A stretch of DNA of 64,000 bases, from assembly GCA_012523855.1 (NCBI GenBank), contig JAAYTB010000019.1, positions 2,105 to 66,104 of the forward strand, given 5' to 3'. Both the position numbers and the translations under genes were made by a program. The stretch is from Clostridia bacterium (GTDB taxonomy: Bacteria > Bacillota > Clostridia > Clostridiales > Clostridiaceae). The notes under the pieces are model-generated. The model searched no databases. It was not told where the DNA came from and worked only from the letters and a program-made list of their open reading frames with translations. Below are positions 40,150-50,157 of the stretch, in pieces (positions within the stretch are counted from its first letter, which is position 1; each line of letters starts with the position of its first letter).

Positions 40150-41043
40150 TTACTTAAAGGACCTTATTAAGTTTTTTATATCCTCTGGCAAATCGCTGCT
40201 AAGGCTTATAGTTTCCTTTGTTCTAGGATGAAGAAAGGTCAAGTGGCTAGCATGGAGGGCCTGCCTATTGATTAAGGTTTCTTCTTCCCTTCCATATAGA
40301 GTATCCCCTATGATAGGATTACCTAAATAGCTAAGATGGACTCTTATTTGATGAGTTCTACCGGTTTCCAATCTTAGCCTTACAAGATCAGCCTGATTAA
40401 AGGATTCAACCACTTCAAAATGAGTTATGCTTTTTTGCCCTCTAGGATCCACCACCCGCTTTATTGAATCTTGAGATGGCCTATATATAGGTTCATTAAT
40501 AGTCCCTTTACTTTTCTTTAAATTACCCCAAACTACAGCAGTATATCCTTTAATTACAGCATTCCTTTCCATTTCCTTTGCCAAAAACATATGGCAATAT
40601 TGGTTTTTAGCTATAATTATAAGGCCAGAGGTATCTCTGTCAAGCCTGCTGACCAATCTTACAATACAACTTTCCCCCCTGCTTCTAAAGTGATGCAAGA
40701 CCCCATTAGCAAGAGTTCCACTTGGATGACTCCTAGTAGGATGAACTACTGTAAAAGGGGCCTTATTAACTACTAGCAGGTCTTCATCTTCATATACTAT
40801 ATCTAGCTCCATTTCTTCAGGCTCTATATCTTGACTTTCTTCCTTGGAAAGCTCAATCCTTATAATATCTCCAACTTCTAAGCTGTGATTCAATTTCACT
40901 ATCTGATTTCCTATCCTTATCCTACCACCTACTGCTGACCCACGGATAAGCCTGCTTGATAAGCCTATTTCAGTTTTTAAATAGTCTCTTAGTTTTCTTC
41001 CTTCATCTTCTTTTTTTACTTCAAACTCTAATACACTAGCCAT
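40150..41043 (-). CDS. RluA/RluD-family pseudouridine synthase
   Basis: S4-like N-terminus, VSRLDRDTSG (catalytic Asp), LETGRTHQIRVH, QALHA. Confidence 0.95.
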   Translation of the reverse strand: MASVLEFEVKKEDEGRKLRDYLKTEIGLSSRLIRGSAVGGRIRIGNQIVKLNHSLEVGDIIRIELSKEESQDIEPEEMELDIVYEDEDLLVVNKAPFTVVHPTRSHPSGTLANGVLHHFRSRGESCIVRLVSRLDRDTSGLIIIAKNQYCHMFLAKEMERNAVIKGYTAVVWGNLKKSKGTINEPIYRPSQDSIKRVVDPRGQKSITHFEVVESFNQADLVRLRLETGRTHQIRVHLSYLGNPIIGDTLYGREEETLINRQALHASHLTFLHPRTKETISLSSDLPEDIKNLIRSFK

Positions 41044-41056
41044 TGTAAATAACTCC

Positions 41057-41965
41057 TTAATCTAGCATTGCAGTAATTTCTTCATTTTGTTTTTCATCAT
41101 AAATGAAATAGGATACACCTTCTATATCTTGAAGCTCTCCCTTAATAGTAACAAATTCTATCTTTTCACTGTCAATATTTTTAATAGACAAGCCGTATTT
41201 TAATAGATCTTTCCCGTCCATATTAGTTTCTATATAGGTTGGTAAAGTATTTATCAGCTTAGGCAAATTGAATACTATAGTTGGATTCTTTAACTTATCC
41301 ATAACCTTGTTTAAAAACTCATGCTGGTTTTCTATCCTATCTAAATCCCCCATAGGCAAGCCACTACCATCATTATTCTTTCGCCATCGAAAAAACTGCT
41401 CGGCCCCTTCACCATCTAAATGGACCATATCTCCCTTGTCAAAATGAATATGAAGTTCTTGGCCATAGTCATCGTAATGCATATCCTGCTTTATCTCTAT
41501 GTCAATACCACCTATGGCATCTATAAAGGCTTTAAAACCTTCATAGTTAACCTTACCATAATAGTTAATTTTCACATTTAGAAGCTGTTCTACCGCCTCT
41601 ATAGTCCAAGGAACTCCTCCATAAACATGGGCAGAATTTATCTTCTCATTTTTACCGTTTATATTTATTAAGGTATCCCTAGGTATAGATATTATATTAG
41701 CCTTATCATCCTTGTAGATATAGTTTACTAGCATGATAGTATCTGTTCTGCCCTTACCACCATTGCCCTTATCTACTCCCATAAGTAGAAAGTTTACAGG
41801 TTTCCTATCATCTTCAACCTCATAAGCTTCTACTTTTTCTTTGCCACTATTGAATTTATTCAAATATATATATAGTTTTGATCCTCCATACACCACAGCA
41901 GTAACAAATATTATTAAAAAGCATAAACCATAAAACAAAAGATTGCTGGAAGCTTTTTTATTCAC
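41057..41965 (-). CDS. LCP (LytR-CpsA-Psr) family cell-wall glycopolymer transferase
   Basis: N-terminal TM, GRTDTIML, ISIPRDT, KINSAH, FFRWRK, DLDRIENQ. Confidence 0.93.
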   Translation of the reverse strand: MNKKASSNLLFYGLCFLIIFVTAVVYGGSKLYIYLNKFNSGKEKVEAYEVEDDRKPVNFLLMGVDKGNGGKGRTDTIMLVNYIYKDDKANIISIPRDTLININGKNEKINSAHVYGGVPWTIEAVEQLLNVKINYYGKVNYEGFKAFIDAIGGIDIEIKQDMHYDDYGQELHIHFDKGDMVHLDGEGAEQFFRWRKNNDGSGLPMGDLDRIENQHEFLNKVMDKLKNPTIVFNLPKLINTLPTYIETNMDGKDLLKYGLSIKNIDSEKIEFVTIKGELQDIEGVSYFIYDEKQNEEITAMLD

Positions 41966-42545
41966 TAGAGCTGCCGCCTGAAGTTTTTAGCAAGAAATAA
42001 TTTCTTGCTTCTATAGTATTTGTATGAAGGAGCTGCCCTTTATCAAGAATGTATCTTATAGTATTTTCCAAAGACATTAACATAGCACTATCTAAATTTA
42101 TGAAACTTTCCCTTCTTAAAGCCTCAACTCCAGGAAAATCCCGACAAGGTTCTATATAATCTGCAAGATAGATTATTTTTTCTAAGCTAGACATAGCTTC
42201 TCTTCCTGTAGTATGGTAGGTTACTGCATCACAAATTGAACTGTCTACTATGCCCATTTCATTTTTTGCAACTATAGCCGCAGCCCTTCCATGTAATAAC
42301 TGGGGCGCTTTAAGTTCAATTTTATCTGGAATATAGCCATGATCCTTTACTAATTTGATAAGTTCTAAATCCCCCATATTTTTGGCACAGTCATGTAATA
42401 TAGCCGCCAGCAAAGCCTTTTCTTCATCTTCTCCGTAAGTCCTTGCTAATTTCACAGCTGTATCTCTAACACCAAGTACATGCTTATATCTTTTAACAGA
42501 TAATTTATCCTGTAAGTAATTAAGTATTTCACTTTCCTTCCACAT
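41958..42545 (-). CDS. yqeK: YqeK HD-domain Ap4A hydrolase
   Basis: RYKHVLGV, LHDCAK, LLHG, YHTTG, YLADYIEP; follows nadD. Confidence 0.95.
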   Translation of the reverse strand: MWKESEILNYLQDKLSVKRYKHVLGVRDTAVKLARTYGEDEEKALLAAILHDCAKNMGDLELIKLVKDHGYIPDKIELKAPQLLHGRAAAIVAKNEMGIVDSSICDAVTYHTTGREAMSSLEKIIYLADYIEPCRDFPGVEALRRESFINLDSAMLMSLENTIRYILDKGQLLHTNTIEARNYFLLKTSGGSSSE

Positions 42546-42561
42546 AAACAAAGCCTCTCTT

Positions 42562-43173
42562 TTATAGATATAATCCTTGCTGCTGGATAATTTTATTTAC
42601 TCCTTCAGGTAAAAGGGAGGATACATCCTTCCCTTCCCTTACAGCGGATCTTATGTAAGTGGAGGAAACTTCTATTAGTAAGAAGTCTAAAAATATAATA
42701 CTGGTATTATACCTTTCCTCCACCGCCTTCTTTTGTTTACGGATTTCTTGATCACTATAGCCCGGTCTATTAAAAACAACGAATTTACAAGCCTTCATAA
42801 TTCTGTCTACATTTTTCCACTGGTCTGAAGTGAAAAGACAGTCACAACCTGTGATAAAGTACCATTCAGTATCTTTCTCTTTTTCCTTAAAATATTCCAT
42901 GGTTTCATAGGTGTAACTGTAGCCCTTTTTATTTATTTCATAGTCGCTTATTTCTAACTTACTCTTACCCTTAATAGCTGCCTTTACCATTTCATAACGA
43001 AGGCTAGAACTTGTAATATCCTTGCCATCCTTATGAGGAGGCATTCCTCCTGGCATAAATATAACCTTATCTAAGGCCAAATGCTCCTGTGCCTTAGTAG
43101 CAATATACATATGGCCAAGGTGGATAGGATCAAAGGTGCCTCCTATTATGCCTTTCTTTAGCATCTCCCTCAC
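42562..43173 (-). CDS. nadD: Nicotinate-nucleotide adenylyltransferase
   Basis: GGTFDPIHLGH, PPHK, SYTYET, VSSTYIR. Confidence 0.97.
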   Translation of the reverse strand: MREMLKKGIIGGTFDPIHLGHMYIATKAQEHLALDKVIFMPGGMPPHKDGKDITSSSLRYEMVKAAIKGKSKLEISDYEINKKGYSYTYETMEYFKEKEKDTEWYFITGCDCLFTSDQWKNVDRIMKACKFVVFNRPGYSDQEIRKQKKAVEERYNTSIIFLDFLLIEVSSTYIRSAVREGKDVSSLLPEGVNKIIQQQGLYL

Positions 43174-43184
43174 TCCTCTTTAAA

Positions 43185-43475
43185 TTAAGGAAGTTCTATT
43201 TTGGGCTTTTTTGATGATCTTCTGAACAAAACAAATTTATTCCCTATAGCCTGAACTCCTTCACAGCCTAATTTTTCACAAATAAGATCACTTGCTTCCC
43301 TTGCCCCATAATCACTGTTATTGAGCACTGTTAATTTTATTAATTCCCTTGCCTCTAAAGCATCATCTATTTGCTTTAAAAAACCTTCCTCTATACCGTT
43401 TTTCCCTAACTGGAATATGGACTCCATCTTATTAGCTAAAGATCTTAAATAACTTCTTTGTTTTGATGTAAGCAT
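43185..43475 (-). CDS. yhbY: Ribosome assembly RNA-binding protein YhbY
   Basis: LTSKQRSYLRSLA, QLGKNG, ELIKLTVL, VQAIG. Confidence 0.96.
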   Translation of the reverse strand: MLTSKQRSYLRSLANKMESIFQLGKNGIEEGFLKQIDDALEARELIKLTVLNNSDYGAREASDLICEKLGCEGVQAIGNKFVLFRRSSKKPKIELP

Positions 43476-43496
43476 TACACACCTCCGTCTTGTAAA

Positions 43497-44774
43497 CTAT
43501 AATAAAAATTCGAACTCAAAATCATTTAATCGCACTATATCACCATCTTGAATACCCATCTGAAGCAATTCATCTATAATACCCTTATTCTTTAAAACCT
43601 TATGGAAATATCTTAAGGAATCAGCATCATTTACATTAACCGCTAAAAGAAGTCTGTCTACAAAACTTCCTTCTACTACAAAAATTCCTTCTTCTTCTTC
43701 TCTTATAGTATAAGTAAATCTCTTTTCCTCAGGAACAAACCTATCTTCTTCGCTGATTTCTAAATCCCTAACAGGTATTTTACTTAAGGCTTCTGCAGCA
43801 GCCTTCATCAATTCATCTACACCCTGTCTGCTAGCTGCAGATATTTTAAATATTTCTGTGTAGCCCATTTCATTTAACTTCTTTTTAAAGTTTTCAAATA
43901 CAGTTTCGTCATATAAGAGATCACTCTTGTTGGCTGCAACTATTTGAGGCCTATCCCATAACTTAACGTCGTACTTCTTTAACTCCTCATTTATCTTTAA
44001 AAAGTCCTCAACAGGATCTCGGCCTTCTATTCCGGAAATATCTGCCACATAAATTAGGAGTCTTGTTCTCTCTATATGTCTCAAAAAGTCTAGTCCTAAA
44101 CCTACTCCTTCAGAAGCTCCTTCAATAATTCCAGGTATATCTGCCATTACAAAGCTAAAGCCATCTCCTACACTTACTACCCCTAAATTTGGTTTTAAAG
44201 TAGTAAAGTGATAGTTAGCAATCTTAGGTTGAGCTTTAGAAACCACTGATAGCAGGGTGGATTTTCCTACATTAGGGAAGCCTAGTAAGCCTACGTCAGC
44301 TAAAAGCTTTAACTCTAAGGTAACCCATCTTTCTTCTCCAGGCATACCTGGTTCTGCAAAGTTGGGCGCCTGTCTAGTAGCCGTTGCAAATTTGGCATTA
44401 CCCTTTCCACCTTTTCCCCCTCTGGCTACCACATAGGAATCTCCATTATGGGATAAGTCTGCCATGACCTTGTTGCTTTCTACATCCTTAATAATAGTCC
44501 CTGTAGGAACCTTTATGTATAAAGTCTCTCCATCCTTACCAAATCGTTTAGAACCGGAGCCATTTACTCCGTTTTCTGCTAGATATTTTCTTTTATATTT
44601 AAAGTCTAGAAGTGTTGTCATGTTGGAATCTGCAACCATTACAACATCTCCACCTTTGCCTCCATCCCCTCCATCTGGGCCCCCTAGAGGCACATACTTC
44701 TCTCGTCTAAAGGACACTGCACCATGTCCTCCATCTCCAGATCTTATAAAAATCTTCGCCTTATCAATAAACAT
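43497..44774 (-). CDS. obgE: GTPase ObgE
   Basis: [34 protein letters not shown]; start moved to ATG 44774. Confidence 0.99.
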   Translation of the reverse strand: MFIDKAKIFIRSGDGGHGAVSFRREKYVPLGGPDGGDGGKGGDVVMVADSNMTTLLDFKYKRKYLAENGVNGSGSKRFGKDGETLYIKVPTGTIIKDVESNKVMADLSHNGDSYVVARGGKGGKGNAKFATATRQAPNFAEPGMPGEERWVTLELKLLADVGLLGFPNVGKSTLLSVVSKAQPKIANYHFTTLKPNLGVVSVGDGFSFVMADIPGIIEGASEGVGLGLDFLRHIERTRLLIYVADISGIEGRDPVEDFLKINEELKKYDVKLWDRPQIVAANKSDLLYDETVFENFKKKLNEMGYTEIFKISAASRQGVDELMKAAAEALSKIPVRDLEISEEDRFVPEEKRFTYTIREEEEGIFVVEGSFVDRLLLAVNVNDADSLRYFHKVLKNKGIIDELLQMGIQDGDIVRLNDFEFEFLL

Positions 44775-44823
44775 ACTCATCATCCTCAATTATTATTATC
44801 TACTTGAAGCTTGTCACAATTCT

Positions 44824-44846
44824 AAAAAAAGCACCCTTGCGGGTGC
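44824..44846 (-). terminator. Intrinsic terminator after rpmA
   Basis: GCACCC-N4-GGGTGC followed by U7 on the minus strand. Confidence 0.85.
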
Positions 44847-44849
44847 CTT

Positions 44850-45152
44850 TTATTCTGCAATTGCTTCTTCAACATCTATAGGATATACACTTGCTTTTTT
44901 CTTTCTTTTTCCTAGTCTTTCAAATCTAACTACGCCGTCAACCTTAGCAAAAAGTGTATCGTCCTTACCTTTTCCAACATTAGTTCCAGGATGTATCTTT
45001 GTACCTCTCTGTCTAACTAATATGTTACCAGCTAAAACAAATTGTCCATCTGCGGACTTAACGCCCAATCTTTTTGATTCACTGTCTCTACCATTTTTGG
45101 AGCTACCTACTCCTTTTTTGTGAGCACATAATTGAAGGTTAATTATTAACAT
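44850..45152 (-). CDS. rpmA: 50S ribosomal protein L27 with N-terminal Prp pro-peptide
   Basis: [40 protein letters not shown]. Confidence 0.99.
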   Translation of the reverse strand: MLIINLQLCAHKKGVGSSKNGRDSESKRLGVKSADGQFVLAGNILVRQRGTKIHPGTNVGKGKDDTLFAKVDGVVRFERLGKRKKKASVYPIDVEEAIAE

Positions 45153-45154
45153 AT

Positions 45155-45493
45155 CTACACCTCCTCTACCGATACTTTTATATATTCACCGTAACTAATT
45201 TCTAAATTTTTAAGTCCTAAAAGCATTGTTTCTAAAAGCACACTGCACTTTTCAATTTCTTCCGAACTTAATTGTGAAATATCCAATTGTATATTTCCCT
45301 CTTCAGCAATATATGGAGCTTTTAACTTAAGCACTTCCGTAACTCCTAAAATAGCTACTTGAGCTAAGTTTGAAACTACTCCACATACTAGATCATCATA
45401 AATCACTTGGTCTCCTTCATAGTATTCAGCGTGACCTCTTACTTTAAAGGAAACTAGCTTATGATTTCTTTTTTTAAACCTTATATCAATCAT
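45155..45493 (-). CDS. prp: Ribosomal-processing cysteine protease Prp (YsxB)
   Basis: GHA (catalytic His) and DLVC (catalytic Cys); between rplU and rpmA; start moved to ATG 45493. Confidence 0.92.
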   Translation of the reverse strand: MIDIRFKKRNHKLVSFKVRGHAEYYEGDQVIYDDLVCGVVSNLAQVAILGVTEVLKLKAPYIAEEGNIQLDISQLSSEEIEKCSVLLETMLLGLKNLEISYGEYIKVSVEEV

Positions 45494-45494
45494 T

Positions 45495-45809
45495 TTATTC
45501 TTCAATCTTTTCGATAAGTAATCTAGTGTATGGCTGTCTGTGTCCTTGCTTTCTTCTATAGTCCTTCTTAGCCTTATACTTGAAAACTATAATCTTCTTT
45601 GCCTTGTCCTGAGCAACAACCTTTGCAACAACCTTTGCTCCTTCAACAACAGGCTTTCCAACTACTAATTCTCCATCAGCCTTTGAAACTGCAAGAACGT
45701 CTGTTAATTCAACTGTTGAATTAACTTCAGCGTTCAATTTTTCAACGTTAAGGAAATCTCCTTCTTGAACTCTGTACTGCTTTCCACCAGTTTGTACTAC
45801 TGCGTACAT
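45495..45809 (-). CDS. rplU: 50S ribosomal protein L21
   Basis: [21 protein letters not shown]; start ATG 45809. Confidence 0.99.
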   Translation of the reverse strand: MYAVVQTGGKQYRVQEGDFLNVEKLNAEVNSTVELTDVLAVSKADGELVVGKPVVEGAKVVAKVVAQDKAKKIIVFKYKAKKDYRRKQGHRQPYTRLLIEKIEE

Positions 45810-45814
45810 TAAAA

Positions 45815-45895
45815 CACCTCCTCTATCCAGTCTCGCCATTACAGGTACATGGAGCTAACCATGTTTTAACAAAACCCTATCTGTGCGGTCTACAA
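45815..45895 (-). ncRNA. L21 leader (ribosomal protein leader RNA)
   Basis: Structured leader GACCGCAC..hairpins (GTTTT/AAAAC, CATGG/CCATG)..GGCGAGAC before the rplU SD; resembles the Firmicute L21_leader from memory; boundaries approximate. Confidence 0.65.
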
Positions 45896-45980
45896 AAGCC
45901 ATTTTATCACATGGATTTTGATTTGTAAAGAAAAAAGTAAAAAACTTAAGTTTAAAGTAAGATAATTCTTTTAATTGTCG

Positions 45981-47423
45981 TTAATTAATTAGATACTTTT
46001 TCACTTCTTCTATCTGGCTCTTGAAAATCATTGGTTCTACCTTGAAGTTTTCAAGATCTTCCTCTATGAATTTCAAGTAAATCCTCTTCCCTTTAGCCTC
46101 TATGCTATCAAGAAAGCCTTGTGGACTTTCATCTATAAACTTTTTATAGTGGCTGTTTAACTGAATAAATATATCTGCTATTCTACTTTCATTATCCACC
46201 TTAAGTATTTCATTTTTTATAAGCATACAGACATATGAAAACTTTAGCTTTTTCCCATGCCCTTTACACTGCTTACAATCTTCTAGAATGTAGCTTTCTA
46301 TAGGCAAGGATTTCCGCCTTCTAGCAATTTGTACAAGACCCAATTGGCTAAAAGGATAAATAATGGTTTTATTTTTATCCCCTTCAAAAGCCTTATGCAA
46401 TTCATCTAAGACCTTATTTTTATGATTTTCTTTCTGCATATCTATAAAGTCTATTACAATAATTCCACCTAAGTTTCTAAGCCTAATTTGCCTAGCACAA
46501 GTTCTAGCAGCTTCAAGATTTGTTTCAAAAGCTGTAGTTTCCCTTAGGTTGCTACCTACATTTTTACCGCTATTTACATCTATAACATGCATAGCCTCTG
46601 TATTTTCTATAATTATGTATCCACCACAACTTAAGTTTACTCTTTCGTTCTTCAATAAGCATATCTCTTTCTCTATGCCATAAATATCAAATAAGGACCT
46701 ATGACCTTCATATAGTTGAAGCTCTGTATTAAGCTCTTTCTTGTCCTTAATATAATTATTAATCCTTTGAAAATCTTCCTGGCAATCTACAATAATACTT
46801 GATACTAAACCATCCAAGTTATCTCTAAGGACTTTGCCAATAGTATCTCCACCGTTATACAGTAGTCCAGCCTTATTACTGTAGCTACTTTTCTCAAGAA
46901 TCTGCCTATACTGCTTATAGAGTTTTTCTATCTCTTGATTTATTTCATCTATGGATACTTGGCCTGCAGCTGTTCTTATCTTTATTCCTATTTCATTAGG
47001 CTTATTAAGAGCTTCTCTAATTTGTTTTTTATATTCTTGAGATTTGATTTTTGATGAAAAACTTATATCACAGTTGTCTGTTAATAAGACACAATATCTT
47101 CCGGGAATAGAAAAAGCAGAAGTAACCTTAGCCCCTTTTTGTCCCAGTTCTTCTTTTACTACTTCTACTATTAACTCCTGTCCTTTTTTAATATTTCTTT
47201 TCTCAAATTTACCTTCAAGATAGAGATAGGCGTTTTTCTCTAAACCTATATCTAAAAAGGTACTTTTAAGGGCAGGAATAATATTCTTTACTACAGCCTT
47301 GTAAATTTGTCCAGGAAAAGGACCGTGCTTTTCTTCTTCAATAAAACAATCTGATAGCCTATCATTGTTTTTAATAGCAACCCTTAGGATTTCTCTTCGG
47401 CGTTCTATAAATATTTCTTTCAA
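45981..47423 (-). CDS. rng: Ribonuclease E/G family protein
   Basis: S1 domain (GQIYKAVVKNI..FLDIG), IDVNSGK, TNLEAA, RLRNLGGIIVIDFIDM, C-x2-C; start TTG 47423. Confidence 0.95.
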   Translation of the reverse strand: MKEIFIERRREILRVAIKNNDRLSDCFIEEEKHGPFPGQIYKAVVKNIIPALKSTFLDIGLEKNAYLYLEGKFEKRNIKKGQELIVEVVKEELGQKGAKVTSAFSIPGRYCVLLTDNCDISFSSKIKSQEYKKQIREALNKPNEIGIKIRTAAGQVSIDEINQEIEKLYKQYRQILEKSSYSNKAGLLYNGGDTIGKVLRDNLDGLVSSIIVDCQEDFQRINNYIKDKKELNTELQLYEGHRSLFDIYGIEKEICLLKNERVNLSCGGYIIIENTEAMHVIDVNSGKNVGSNLRETTAFETNLEAARTCARQIRLRNLGGIIVIDFIDMQKENHKNKVLDELHKAFEGDKNKTIIYPFSQLGLVQIARRRKSLPIESYILEDCKQCKGHGKKLKFSYVCMLIKNEILKVDNESRIADIFIQLNSHYKKFIDESPQGFLDSIEAKGKRIYLKFIEEDLENFKVEPMIFKSQIEEVKKYLIN

Positions 47424-47450
47424 TTTTAACACCTCGATAATGAAAGAAAC

Positions 47451-47480
47451 TGTTACATTTTAAGCTAAAATTGTAACAGC
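47451..47480 (-). terminator. Hairpin between the TIGR03936-type gene and rng
   Basis: CTGTTACA..TGTAACAG arms with an inner AT stem, followed by TTTCTTTC on the minus strand. Confidence 0.5.
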
Positions 47481-47495
47481 CTCTTCTATAATTTT

Positions 47496-48203
47496 TTATT
47501 GGAAATAAGAAGCTATAGAAATATATTTACCTTCATGTAAAGTATACATCTCCTGCCTCATAATTTCCACAAAACTATTCTCCTTTACTGCCTCAGTATT
47601 AGACTTTATATAGGAAGTTAACAAGTCCGGAGAAAGGTTTTCCCTGCTTCCACAAGCCAATAAGCTTTCAATTTCTATGGCAGTATCTTTAATATTAAAC
47701 TTAAATTCTTTAACCATCTTTTTAATATCTATTTCTTTATCGCCCTTTTTGCCTTTTTTTATGGTAACCCATTCTTCCTTCTTAAGTAGATTTTCTATAT
47801 CTTTGTAGCCTTTTTCTACATCCTCATAGTTAATCCTTATTTTATAAAGAGCTCCATCTAACATTGAAGCAACCTGTGGAACCTTTTTCCCATTAGGAAA
47901 GGTCTTAGTCACCTTTATGGCCTGGAGAAATTTTATTGCTGGTGGAGCGCTATTGTTTAACTTATCTATAATGAGGTCTTCATCTAACTCTTCTGCTAGC
48001 ACTGTATCCAAATAATCTCCCTTTGAGTATACACCTACAGACAGGGGCTGGGCGATAGATAAATTCATATGTGGATTAAAACCCTTAGAGTATTCTACAG
48101 GAAGACCTGCCCTTCTAATAACTCTCTGGATAGTCCTCATTAGGTCTAAATGAGATATGAACTTTATTTCCTCTTCTTTAGTGAACTTTATTACATACCG
48201 CAC
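47496..48203 (-). CDS. TIGR03936/DUF2344 radical SAM-associated protein
   Basis: KFISHLDLMR, RRAGLP..YSKGFNPH, PLSVG; GTG 48203 overlaps the upstream gene. Confidence 0.92.
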   Translation of the reverse strand: MRYVIKFTKEEEIKFISHLDLMRTIQRVIRRAGLPVEYSKGFNPHMNLSIAQPLSVGVYSKGDYLDTVLAEELDEDLIIDKLNNSAPPAIKFLQAIKVTKTFPNGKKVPQVASMLDGALYKIRINYEDVEKGYKDIENLLKKEEWVTIKKGKKGDKEIDIKKMVKEFKFNIKDTAIEIESLLACGSRENLSPDLLTSYIKSNTEAVKENSFVEIMRQEMYTLHEGKYISIASYFQ

Positions 48204-50040
48204 CTTCGAAACACTTCCCTTCTTTAAAGTTAACATTAATGCCACAAAGTTTACAGCCTAATCGGCAGTCAGGTGTTAACTCCGCATTTTTTGCTCTTTC
48301 ATTTTCTTTAATTAAGAAATCTTTATCTATACCTATGTCAATGAAGTCCCAAGGAAGTATTTCACTATATTCTCTTTCCCTATAAGCATAAAAGTCACCA
48401 TCAACACCACATTCTTCAAAGGCTTCCATCCACAAATCAAAATTAAAGTATTCAGACCAGCCATCAAATTTTGCTCCCTTTTCATAGGCCCTTATTAGCA
48501 CATCGCAAAGCTTTCTGTCCCCTCTTGCAAAGATGGCTTCTAGATAGCTTACCACAGAGTCATGCCAATTATAAGAAATTGCTCTATCTTTAATGTTTGA
48601 TCTTATAGCTTGAATTTTTTCTTTTACTGTTTCCATCCTATCTTGAGGAGCCCACTGGAAAGGTGTAAAAGGTTTTGGAACAAAGATAGAAGTACTTAAA
48701 GTTACCTTTAACCCCTTGTGTCTAACTTGTTTAGGAACCTTAAAATATTCATTTACCACCTTTTCCCCAAGTTCTGCAATACCTATCACATCCTCTAGGG
48801 TTTCATAAGGCAGTCCTATCATAAAATAAAGCTTGATAGTAGACCAACCTGATTCAAAGGCATTTTTAACAGACGTTAACAAGTCTTCCTCTGTAACACA
48901 TTTATTAATTACATCTCTCATCCTTTGACTTCCAGCTTCCGGTGCAAAGGTAAGGCCTGTTTTCTTAACCTTTTGTATCTCTTTAATTAAATCCACTGAA
49001 AAAGCGTCGATTCTAATAGAAGGAAGGGAAACAGAAACCCTATCTTCCTTGTGCTTTTCAATTAGTGAAAATACAAGTTTTTGAATATCAGAGTAATCAC
49101 AAATACTAAGGGATGTTAAGGACAACTCCTCGTATCCAGTAGTCTTTAATAATCTTTCTGCCTGCTCCATAAGCTTTGGAGCCTTTTTTTCCCTAACCGG
49201 TCTATATATCATACCTGCTTGACAGAATCTACAGCCTCTTGTACATCCCCTAAAGGTTTCTAGCATTATCCTATCATGAACAATCTCCGTGAAAGGCACT
49301 ATCATGTCCTCTGGGTAAGGATTCTCATTAATATCTGGTATAAAACGCTTTGCAACCCTTGCAGGCACATCTTCATATTTAGGTGCGAAGGATTTTATAG
49401 TTCCATCTTCCTTGTATTCCACCTCATAGAGAGCTGGTACATATATCCCTCTAATCTTGGACATTTCTCTTAGAATTTCACTTTTATTGTACTTACCCTT
49501 CATTTTCTTATAAAGATCTAAGAGTTCATCTATAACTTCTTCCCCTTCTCCAATTTGAAAGACATCTCCAATGTCATAAAGAGGCTCCGGATTATAGGCA
49601 CAAGGTCCTCCAAGAATAACTATGGGATCTTCCTCTTTTCTTTCAGAGGCTCTAATAGCTAGGCCAGCCAAATTCAGCATATTAAGTATATTTGTATAGC
49701 TCATTTCATATTGGAGAGTAAAACCTATAAAATCGAAGTTCTTTATTGCTTCCTTACTTTCCAAACCATAAAGGAGTATCTGATTTTCCCTCATGAGCTG
49801 CTCCATATCTGGCCAAGGTGTAATGACTCTTTCGCAATAAGTATCCTCTCTTTTATTCATTATATGATATAAAATTTTCATTCCTAAATGGGACATTCCA
49901 ACCTCATAGACATCAGGAAAGCACATGGCAAACCTTATATCTACCTTTGCTGGATCTTTAATTATACTATTTAATTCCCCACCGATATATCTTGCGGGTT
50001 TTTCTACTCTGAAAAGTATATCATCATTAATCTTATTCAT
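48178..50040 (-). CDS. TIGR03960-family B12-binding radical SAM protein
   Basis: VEKPARYIGGELN, FPDVYEVGMSHLG, GGPCAYNPEP, RGCTRGCRFCQAG, C-terminal C-x3-C-x2-C; start ATG 50040. Confidence 0.93.
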   Translation of the reverse strand: MNKINDDILFRVEKPARYIGGELNSIIKDPAKVDIRFAMCFPDVYEVGMSHLGMKILYHIMNKREDTYCERVITPWPDMEQLMRENQILLYGLESKEAIKNFDFIGFTLQYEMSYTNILNMLNLAGLAIRASERKEEDPIVILGGPCAYNPEPLYDIGDVFQIGEGEEVIDELLDLYKKMKGKYNKSEILREMSKIRGIYVPALYEVEYKEDGTIKSFAPKYEDVPARVAKRFIPDINENPYPEDMIVPFTEIVHDRIMLETFRGCTRGCRFCQAGMIYRPVREKKAPKLMEQAERLLKTTGYEELSLTSLSICDYSDIQKLVFSLIEKHKEDRVSVSLPSIRIDAFSVDLIKEIQKVKKTGLTFAPEAGSQRMRDVINKCVTEEDLLTSVKNAFESGWSTIKLYFMIGLPYETLEDVIGIAELGEKVVNEYFKVPKQVRHKGLKVTLSTSIFVPKPFTPFQWAPQDRMETVKEKIQAIRSNIKDRAISYNWHDSVVSYLEAIFARGDRKLCDVLIRAYEKGAKFDGWSEYFNFDLWMEAFEECGVDGDFYAYREREYSEILPWDFIDIGIDKDFLIKENERAKNAELTPDCRLGCKLCGINVNFKEGKCFEGAVCNKVH

Positions 50041-50106
50041 AGTACAACCTCCTAAGGCACAATTAGACAATAGTTTCATTCTACCATAAAGACAAAAAAT
50101 ATAAAA

Positions 50107-50153
50107 GTGGCAGCCACATGAGTTGTTGAAAATCAATAACTCACATATCTGCC
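50107..50153 (-). terminator. Long hairpin terminator after spoIVFB
   Basis: TGGCAG..TGAGTTATTGA/TCAACAACTCA..CTGCCA followed by CTTTTATATTTTTT on the minus strand. Confidence 0.7.
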
Positions 50154-50157
50154 AGAC

